Shown here in pieces: positions 20,038-27,573 of a stretch of DNA of 64,000 nt (the stretch's first letter is position 1; every line of letters begins with the position of its first letter). A program made the position numbers and the translations under genes. The notes beneath the pieces were generated by a model. The model made no database searches. It saw nothing but the letters and a program-made list of their open reading frames with translations, and was not told the DNA's origin. Source of the stretch: Candidatus Puniceispirillales bacterium (GTDB lineage Bacteria > Pseudomonadota > Alphaproteobacteria > Puniceispirillales > GCA-002684695); the NCBI GenBank assembly GCA_045565515.1, contig JBJLFF010000004.1, positions 1,359 through 65,358 on the forward strand. The letters are read 5' to 3'.

Positions 20038-21270
20038 TTAGAATCTTGAATTCCTAAATTCATCTATTGATGTATTAACTTTTCTCCCAAGTATAAGGTC
20101 AGCTACTATTTGACCAATTCTTGGTCCTATAGTTAATCCAATATGCTGACCACCAAAAGCGAAGTATATATTTTTGAATTTGTCTGATTGACCAATTACA
20201 GGCATGCAATCAGGTGTAGTAGGCCTATGCCCCATCCAAACATCTTCATCTTCCCATTTAAGTTTTGGGTATACTTTTTTAATTCCATTACGAAGTATAT
20301 TAATTCTTTCATAAGATGCTTTAGCCTTAAGGCCACCTAATTCAGTTGTTCCAGCACACCTTAAACCATTATCCATAGGTGTAATTGCAAACCCTAGATC
20401 CTTTATTGCATATGGAGTTTTAGGCATATAATTTACATTCTTTAGTATTAAATGGTAACCTCTTTCTGTCTCTAAATTTGTTTTTTGATTAAGATACTTT
20501 AAAAGTTGTCCTGACCATGCTCCAGCACTTATGACGATTTTATCTGCCTCAAATTCATTATTAAGATTTGTTAGAACTTTATTTCCATAAATATTCTTAA
20601 CTTCTTCAGTAACAATTTTTCCGCCCTGCTTTTCAAAATGCTTAGCTAATTCCTTCATATAATTACCAGGTGAGGTCAGCCATCCATGATTTTTAAATTC
20701 TGCACCATAATTATAATTATCACCTAAAAAGGAGTCCCTCTGAAGTAAATCCTTTTTATTAAGACCTTGTATTTTAAAACCATATTTTTCTCTCAGTCCA
20801 TTTTCAAAACTATCAGATAAGAAATCTTTTTTGTCTGAGTAAAGCAATGTAAAGTTGCCTAGTTTAATATATTTCGATGCCTTTGTTCCTTTTGCGAGTT
20901 TTATATGTTGCTCAATGCTGTCATAAGTTAAACTCTGCAAAGATTTCACAACAGACAAAAACTTTTCTCTCTTTGTGTTTTTTAAAAAAGGAATTAGCCA
21001 TGGCATAAGTTTAGGGAGATAGTTCCAATTAATTGCAAGAGGAGAGTTTTTTGCAAATAAATAGCTAGGTATTTTTTTCCAAACTCCAGGTGAAGAAATT
21101 GGAATTATTGCAGAGCTTGCTAGTAATCCAGCATTTCCAAAAGATGTTTGTTTCTCGTCTCCAGGATAAATTTTATCAATTAACGTAACCTCAGCGCCTT
21201 CACGCCTTAAAAACTCTGCTGTTGAAATACCTGTAATTCCTGCGCCAATAATTAAAACTGAAACCGTCAT
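20038..21270 (-). CDS. D-amino-acid dehydrogenase-like FAD oxidoreductase
   Basis: VLIIGAGITGISTAEFLRREGAEVTLIDK, TSFGNAGLL; about 410 aa with DadA-like layout. Confidence 0.8.
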   Translation of the reverse strand: MTVSVLIIGAGITGISTAEFLRREGAEVTLIDKIYPGDEKQTSFGNAGLLASSAIIPISSPGVWKKIPSYLFAKNSPLAINWNYLPKLMPWLIPFLKNTKREKFLSVVKSLQSLTYDSIEQHIKLAKGTKASKYIKLGNFTLLYSDKKDFLSDSFENGLREKYGFKIQGLNKKDLLQRDSFLGDNYNYGAEFKNHGWLTSPGNYMKELAKHFEKQGGKIVTEEVKNIYGNKVLTNLNNEFEADKIVISAGAWSGQLLKYLNQKTNLETERGYHLILKNVNYMPKTPYAIKDLGFAITPMDNGLRCAGTTELGGLKAKASYERINILRNGIKKVYPKLKWEDEDVWMGHRPTTPDCMPVIGQSDKFKNIYFAFGGQHIGLTIGPRIGQIVADLILGRKVNTSIDEFRNSRF

Positions 21271-21389
21271 AATATTAATCTTTTTTATTAAATTTATATT
21301 GGCAATTCACTTCCATGTATATAATTTAATTCAATTGAGTAATATTGGATGAACTGCTAATTTTTTAATTTTAATTTATGGAGATAAAA

Positions 21390-22385
21390 ATGGAATTCAA
21401 TGCCTTGGTTGTGGATAAAGATGAAGAAAATAATATAACTTCTTCAGAGGTTAAAAAGGTTAGTTTATCTGAACTTCCAGAAGGGGATGTGTTAGTAAAT
21501 GTTGAATATTCAAACGTTAATTATAAAGATGGTCTCTGTATAGGTCCTGGAGCTGGATTAGTTAAAACTTATCCGCATGTGCCTGGAATAGATTTTGCTG
21601 GTACGGTTGAAAATTCTGAAAATGAAAATTTCCAAAAAGGCGATAAGGTTATTTTAACTGGTTGGCGTGTTGGTGAAGTTGTTTGGGGTGGCTATGCTCA
21701 AAAAGCTAGAGTTAAAGCTAGTCAGTTAGTAAAAATGCCTGAGGGAATGTCTTCAAAACAGGCAATGACAATGGGTACGGCAGGTTTTTCAGCTATGCTT
21801 TCTATAATAAGGCTTGAAGAATTTGGAATGACAAAAGATAATGGCGAAGTATTAGTGACAGGAGCTACTGGTGGTGTAGGATCAGTTTCAACAGTAATTT
21901 TATCTAATTTAGGTTATGAAGTTGTAACAGTTTCAGGTAAGAGTTCATCAGGTGAATATTTGAAATCGCTAGGGGCAAAAAGAACTATAGATCGATCAGA
22001 ATTAAATGAGGTAATTAAAAGACCCATGGAAAGTGCAGCTTGGGCAGGATGTATAGATACAGTAGGTGGTGATACTTTGTCTAGGTTGCTTGGACAATTA
22101 AAATATGGAGCATCAGTGGCAGTTGTAGGTAATGCTGGTGGAAATAATCTATCAGCGTCAGCAATTCCCTTTATGCTAAGAGGCATAAACATGCTTGGAA
22201 TTGATAGTGCAATGCAGCCATTTGAAAAAAGGGTCCAAGTTTGGGATAGACTCAACAACGATTTTCCAAAAAGCTTTTTTGATTCAATAACTGAAGTTAT
22301 TTCGCTTTCTGACCTACCTAGGGTAGGCAAGGAAATATTAAGTGGTAATATCAAAGGTAGATTAGTAGTCGACGTAAATTTATAA
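21390..22385 (+). CDS. acuI: YhdH/AcuI-type MDR oxidoreductase (acrylyl-CoA reductase family)
   Basis: Collinear with remembered E. coli YhdH: LPEGDV.V.V.YS.VNYKD, PGIDFAGTV, LTGW.VGE..WGGYAQKARVK, TAGF.AML, VTGATGGVGS, GGNNL. ATG at 21390 has GGAG 7 nt upstream; the track start is 21378. Confidence 0.85.
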   Translation: MEFNALVVDKDEENNITSSEVKKVSLSELPEGDVLVNVEYSNVNYKDGLCIGPGAGLVKTYPHVPGIDFAGTVENSENENFQKGDKVILTGWRVGEVVWGGYAQKARVKASQLVKMPEGMSSKQAMTMGTAGFSAMLSIIRLEEFGMTKDNGEVLVTGATGGVGSVSTVILSNLGYEVVTVSGKSSSGEYLKSLGAKRTIDRSELNEVIKRPMESAAWAGCIDTVGGDTLSRLLGQLKYGASVAVVGNAGGNNLSASAIPFMLRGINMLGIDSAMQPFEKRVQVWDRLNNDFPKSFFDSITEVISLSDLPRVGKEILSGNIKGRLVVDVNL

Positions 22386-22404
22386 ATATAAAGAAAGTTA
22401 ATAT

Positions 22405-23682
22405 ATGGAAATAGTGAATATTGGTATTGCTGGACTAGGAACTGTTGGATCTGAGGTTGCAAAGCAACTGCAATTAAACAGTGAGTTTTTAAACAAAAAA
22501 GCTGGTAAAAAACTAAATTTAGTTGCTGTTTCTGCAAATAACAAAAATAAAGTCAGAAATTTCGATATCAGCAATTTAAAGTGGTTCCCAGATGCTGAAA
22601 AAATGGCAAATTCTAAAGAAATTAGTCTTGTAATTGAACTTATTGGTGGTTCTGATGGAGTTGCTTTAGACTTATGTAAAAATTCATTAATTAATGGTAA
22701 ATCAGTAGTAACTGCTAATAAAGCCATGATGTCAAAACATGGATACGAACTAGCTAAGTTATCTGAAACTAATAATTGCTCAATTGCCTTTGAAGCTTCT
22801 GTAGCGGGATGTATACCAATAATAAAATCCTTAAGAGATGCCCTTTCAGGTAGTAGTGTTAATTCTATTTCAGGAATTTTAAATGGAACTTGCAATTATA
22901 TACTTACTGAAATGAGAGAAAAGGGAGTTTCATTTAACGAGGTATTAAAAGATGCACAAGCCAAAGGGTATGCTGAAGCTGACCCATCTTTTGATGTTGA
23001 TGGCATAGACGCTGCACAAAAACTAACAATATTATCTGCCATTGCATTTGGAATTGCTCCAGATTTGAATAACTTATCAGTTTCAGGAATTAGAAATGTA
23101 GATGTAACTGATATACTTTTTGCAGAAGAGCTTGGCTATAGAATTAAGTTACTTGCATTTAGTAAATTTGATAATGGTTTGGTTCAAGAGGTTTCCCCGT
23201 GCATGATTTCTTTGGATAGACAAATATCAAATGTTGAGGGTGTACTTAATGCTGTTGAATTAGATACTGAATTAGCAGGACCAGTCATGTTAACAGGCTA
23301 TGGAGCTGGAGCTGAACCAACTGCAACAGCTGTTTTAAGTGATATAATATCTATTGTTCAAGGTAAACAACCAAATGCATTTGGTCCTAAAACTAATGAA
23401 TTAAATTTGAATGTAAAGCATGGTGAAAAAGAGAGTAACCGTTATTATATGCGTTTAAATGTGATTGATAAATCTGGAGTTCTTGCAGGTGTGACTGAAA
23501 TTTTTAGAAAATACGCTCTCTCGATTGAATCTTTGTTACAAAGAGGTCGCAACCCAAATGAAGAGGTGCCTGTTGTGATCACCACACATGAAACAGATTA
23601 TGATACACTTCAATCTGTGATGAAGGATCTTACGAATTCAAAAGAATTGATAAGCAAACCAGTTTGCATGAAAATAATCTAA
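22405..23682 (+). CDS. hom: Homoserine dehydrogenase
   Basis: NAD-binding N-terminus (IGIAGLGTVGSEV), catalytic domain (GILNGTCNYILT, GYAEADPSFDVDGIDAAQK), C-terminal ACT domain. Confidence 0.92.
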   Translation: MEIVNIGIAGLGTVGSEVAKQLQLNSEFLNKKAGKKLNLVAVSANNKNKVRNFDISNLKWFPDAEKMANSKEISLVIELIGGSDGVALDLCKNSLINGKSVVTANKAMMSKHGYELAKLSETNNCSIAFEASVAGCIPIIKSLRDALSGSSVNSISGILNGTCNYILTEMREKGVSFNEVLKDAQAKGYAEADPSFDVDGIDAAQKLTILSAIAFGIAPDLNNLSVSGIRNVDVTDILFAEELGYRIKLLAFSKFDNGLVQEVSPCMISLDRQISNVEGVLNAVELDTELAGPVMLTGYGAGAEPTATAVLSDIISIVQGKQPNAFGPKTNELNLNVKHGEKESNRYYMRLNVIDKSGVLAGVTEIFRKYALSIESLLQRGRNPNEEVPVVITTHETDYDTLQSVMKDLTNSKELISKPVCMKII

Positions 23683-23687
23683 TTCAT

Positions 23688-25469
23688 ATGGATAATGAAG
23701 ATGAAGTATTTTTATTTGGTGTAGAGACTTCTGCTTCTGGTGCGAGTTGGATACCACCTCAAAAAGCCAAAACTAATCTAAAAGAATTATTTATTCAAGA
23801 GTTTGAACTAACAGAAGTAGTTTCGGAGCTCTTAGTAAATAGAGGTTTTGATTTAGAGGATTTACCAAATTTTTTTGATCCAAAAATTAAAAATTTAATG
23901 CCAGACCCATCAATTTTAATCGACATGGATAAAACAGTTGAAAGAATTGCAAAAGCTATAATTAACAAGGAAACTATAGGAATTTTTGGAGATTATGATG
24001 TGGATGGAGCGTGTTCTTCAGCTATTATAAAATCTTACCTGGTTAGCATAGGTTCTAAAGTAGAAGTCCACATTCCTGATAGATTTAAAGAGGGATACGG
24101 TCCAAATAAAGAAGCCTTGCTAAAATTAAAAGAAAAAGGATGCAAACTCATAATAACAGTTGATTGTGGAATTACAGCTTTCGAGCCTCTTAAAATTGCT
24201 AAAGAAAATAATATTGATGTTATAATTCTTGACCATCACATAACTGAACCAAGCTTGCCAGAAGCATACGCTATTATTAATCCTAATAGATTTGATCAGG
24301 AAGGGAACCTTGGTTATTTAGCAGCTGCAGGTGTTTGTTTTTTAACATTAGTAGCATTAGATAGAAAGTTAAGGCAAACTGAATATGCTTCTAATATAGA
24401 CTTAAGAAAATATTTAGATTTAGTAGCATTGGCTACTATTTGTGACGTGGTTCCATTAAAATACTTGAATAGAGCATTTGTTTCTTCTGGGCTTAAGGTT
24501 ATGGGTTTAAGAAATAACCCAGGTTTAAAGGCGTTATTTGACCTTGCAAATATTCAAGAAATTCCAAATGAACAAAACCTTGGTTATATCATTGGCCCGC
24601 GTATCAATGCAGCTGGTAGACTAGGTAATTCAAAACTTGGGGTGGAATTACTATGTGCAGATAATGATACTGTTGCAAATGAATTAGCAGAAAAGTTAAA
24701 TAATCTTAATGAAAAAAGAAAAGACATACAAAACAGAGTCTTAGAAAGTGCACTTGAAAAATTAGATAAAGTAGATTTAAAATCAAAAAATGTAATTGTC
24801 TTAGCTGATGTTAATTGGCATGAAGGAGTTATTGGGATAATTGCTGGTAGAATAAAAGATAGGTTTCATAAGCCAACTATTATTATCTCCATCAATGAAG
24901 AAGGGATAGGAAAGGGATCAAGCCGTTCAGTTACAGGTTTTGATATTGGTTCTGCTATTATAGCGGCTCAACAAAATGGTATTTTAATAAGTGGAGGAGG
25001 CCATGCAATGGCAGCTGGTCTTTCTTTAAATAAAGATAACTTAGATTTATTAGATAAATTTCTTAATGAAAAATTTTTAAAAATAGAAAAGCCAAATGAA
25101 AGACTAAAAGACTTTAAAATTGAAGCTGTTATAAACCTGAGTGCAGCCAATAACAAAACTGTTCAAGAATTTCAAAAAATTGCTCCATTTGGTGCCGATA
25201 ATATTGAACCACTTATTGCGATAAGAAACGTAAGGATCATAAACTTTAGAACTGTTGGCAAAGAAGGAAAACACTTTTCATTTATTGCAACTGATGAAAG
25301 TGGTGATAGATTAAACTGCATAGCATTCAATATAGCAGGTTCTCCGATTGGTGATGCAATAAAAACTTCAAGCAATGGACCATTAATCCATATTATTGGA
25401 TTTTTAAGAGAAAATAGTTTTAATAATCGACCTCAACTTCAAATTGTAGATTGTTTTCTAGTTAATTAA
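23688..25469 (+). CDS. recJ: Single-stranded-DNA-specific exonuclease RecJ
   Basis: DHH motifs (GDYDVDGACS, TVDCGI, ILDHHI) and DHHA1 (GGGHAMAAG). ATG at 23688 is 5 nt after the hom stop; the track ORF starts at a TTG at 23664. Confidence 0.92.
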   Translation: MDNEDEVFLFGVETSASGASWIPPQKAKTNLKELFIQEFELTEVVSELLVNRGFDLEDLPNFFDPKIKNLMPDPSILIDMDKTVERIAKAIINKETIGIFGDYDVDGACSSAIIKSYLVSIGSKVEVHIPDRFKEGYGPNKEALLKLKEKGCKLIITVDCGITAFEPLKIAKENNIDVIILDHHITEPSLPEAYAIINPNRFDQEGNLGYLAAAGVCFLTLVALDRKLRQTEYASNIDLRKYLDLVALATICDVVPLKYLNRAFVSSGLKVMGLRNNPGLKALFDLANIQEIPNEQNLGYIIGPRINAAGRLGNSKLGVELLCADNDTVANELAEKLNNLNEKRKDIQNRVLESALEKLDKVDLKSKNVIVLADVNWHEGVIGIIAGRIKDRFHKPTIIISINEEGIGKGSSRSVTGFDIGSAIIAAQQNGILISGGGHAMAAGLSLNKDNLDLLDKFLNEKFLKIEKPNERLKDFKIEAVINLSAANNKTVQEFQKIAPFGADNIEPLIAIRNVRIINFRTVGKEGKHFSFIATDESGDRLNCIAFNIAGSPIGDAIKTSSNGPLIHIIGFLRENSFNNRPQLQIVDCFLVN

Positions 25470-25529
25470 AATTAAATTAAACTTTACTTGATTTAATAAT
25501 TACATTTTATTAAATATAACTTATCCTAA

Positions 25530-25605
25530 GTCCCGTTCGTCTAGAGGTTTAGGACACCGCCCTTTCACGGCGGCAACACGGGTTCGAATCCCGTACGGGA
25601 TGCCA
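25530..25605 (+). tRNA. tRNA-Glu (anticodon UUC), CCA encoded
   Basis: 76 nt. Acceptor stem GTCCCGT/ACGGGAT with a G-U first pair, anticodon stem CCGCC/GGCGG with loop CTTTCAC, T arm GGGTTCGAATCCC, 3' GCCA. Confidence 0.95.
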
Positions 25606-25639
25606 TTTTATTAGATAATAATATATTATATAAATTTAA

Positions 25640-27024
25640 TTATTTGTGTTCTAAGATTTGTAATCCTATCCCAAATCCAAGATCTACAACAGAAGCTATA
25701 TGATTATCACTAGTTATAAATACATATTCTGATGCTGTGGAAGGTACATCAAACTCATCCTCTTCACCAGGAAAGAAAAATGAATCAACATGCTGCCATA
25801 ATTGTTTCCCATCCTTATCTACCCTTATTAAAAGGCTCCTCCAAGTAGTTCTAGGATCACTAGAACATTGCTCATACAATTTACTGTCATTTTCAAACAT
25901 TTCACATTCTTCTATCCCTGTTCCACATGCCATCACCGCTCCACCATCACTTTTTGCAGATACACCCCAACATTCATCTAAAACCATTTTCTCATTTTTA
26001 TTGTTAATTTTCGAAAATTTATTTTTGCCACCTATAGGGTTCCCAAATGAATAATTCCAAATTAATTTACCATCTAAAGAAACTTTTCCAATTAATCCGT
26101 CAATTCCTCCAAACCTATCATGCTTGTGGCCAGAAATAAAAATCCCATCTTCTATTCCACTTAAAGAAGAAATATCGATGTCAGTAATTTCACCAAAATT
26201 TGGATACTTTTTTGACCATAAGATTTTTCCACGATTATTTATTTTTATTATTCTGGCAATACCTTCTTCATTATTTGTTTTAGTCGCTATCGCAAAGGAA
26301 TTGTCTTCAATAATTTCTTTTATCGTTATTCCAGATCGTGAATTCTTAAAAATCATTTCCCAAGATGGTTTTGTTGGAGGACTGTCAGAGATTAAACTTG
26401 CTTTGTCGAAATACATAACTAAAGTTTCACCTGATTGAGGGTTACCATAAGATTTAAAGCCTTCAAAACTATCTTTATGAGAATTAGTTACTCCAGACAA
26501 AATTAGACCTTGATCACTTGTAATTAAAATTGACTCAAAAGCAGTATTTTTATTTTTACTCATACTTTCAAAAATTTTTCCCACTTTAATTTTCCATTTT
26601 GTAAATTTATTTTTGCTAAATAACCGTTTATTACACCACTATTATTCTCTGAATATCCAGCAACAAAAACTGAATCAAAAATTGAGACGGCACCATTTGC
26701 TCCATCTCTTTTTCCAGGAGAGCCAAATAAAAATACCCAGTCAAATGAGTATTTTTCTTCTGGACTAAGAAAAATTCTATCGTTAGGTAAATTATCTGGA
26801 AGTTTTATAACAAAGCCTTCTTCAGTACCCTCACTATCAAAGCTTTTACCTGATAAAACAAACCCATTGTTCAAAACCTCAAAACCATGAACTGCATGAG
26901 GATCTGATTCCTCCCCACCACAACAAATTCCATCTGTAACTGCATATAACTTTGTATGAGGAACACTCTCACTGAATGCATTAAATCTAAATAGAATAAA
27001 AAATATAATAATTAAGTATTTCAT
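25640..27024 (-). CDS. Secreted repeat protein of unknown function (beta-propeller-like), reading frame broken once
   Basis: ORFs 26560-27024 (signal peptide MKYLIIIFFILFRFNAFS) and 25640-26584 overlap in different frames. One extra A on the coding strand (plus-strand T5 run 26575-26579) joins them as ...NGKLKWEKIFESMSKNK... Recurrent pattern G-x-I-x-K-[IV]-x(2-3)-[DN]G-K-x-x-W plus several Cys pairs. Confidence 0.6.
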
Positions 27025-27069
27025 TAGTCTCTTTTTTTTTTAAGTAAAAAAATAATTAATTATCAATAT

Positions 27070-27195
27070 TTAATCTTGCCTTCGTAAATATTGAGCACCT
27101 AAAATCAGAGTAGTGAATGGAATAATCATTAAGGTGAGAATTGTAATTGCATAAACAATTTTTTTAAAATTAAAAAACATATGAATTTCTTTCAT
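27070..27195 (-). pseudogene. Orphan short ORF resembling the C-terminal transmembrane helix of a PotC-type ABC permease
   Basis: MKEIHMFFNFKKIVYAITILTLMIIPFTTLILGAQYLRRQD. 16 of the last 23 residues are identical to the C-terminus of the permease at 32360-33172 (...ISTLMIILSTTLMLGAQYLGREK). Not in the ORF track because it is too short. Confidence 0.3.
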
Positions 27196-27480
27196 TGATG
27201 TTAAGTGGTTTTAATATTGCTTTATAATAATATTTTATTAATGAAAAAAATTTTGCAATAGCTAGTTATAAAATAAATTAAATATTTATTTAAATTAAAT
27301 AAATTACAAAAAAAATCCGGAAAAAGAAAAAATGAAAAATGCAATACCCTAGAGGTAAAAGTACTGTCTACATATTTTTGGTAAATTGTCTGGGTACAAA
27401 AATATACAGTATGCTACTAAATTAGGCTATTTAGCCAAATAGTCCCATATAGTAGTCGATATATACTCCAAAAACCTCAG

Positions 27481-27523
27481 TTTCACGGCAATATCACGGT
27501 TTAGTATCCTGTACGGTATGCTA
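27481..27523 (+). repeat. Degenerate direct repeat of the tRNA-Glu 3' half (att-like remnant)
   Basis: Ungapped alignment of 27481-27523 with 25563-25605 (anticodon loop to CCA) gives 33/43 identities in the same orientation. 8 of the 10 differences are G/C in the tRNA versus A/T in the copy. Confidence 0.6.
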
Positions 27524-27573
27524 TATTTATTGATTTAAAATATTATTTTCAAGAATATTGAATTATCAATTTG

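Noticed and set aside
21914-22895. Long antisense ORFs (21914-22537, 207 aa; 22398-22895, 165 aa) opposite acuI and hom
   Set aside because: Both lie antisense to genes with strong family signatures. Their products are S/L/P/I-rich mirror translations without motifs, so they are shadow ORFs.
26560-26584. Treating 26560-27024 and 25640-26584 as two overlapping genes
   Set aside because: The repeat pattern runs straight through the junction (…NGKLKWEK | IFESMSK…) once one base is added to a 5-nt run. The downstream part has no signal peptide or RBS of its own.
27196-27480. Possible protein-coding or structured-RNA gene in the ORF-free stretch inside the island
   Set aside because: All six frames are interrupted. 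The longest readable pieces gave no motif, and part of the apparent open frame is simply the tRNA-derived repeat. No tmRNA, SRP, RNase P or 6S signature was recognised. Best explained as decayed island DNA.
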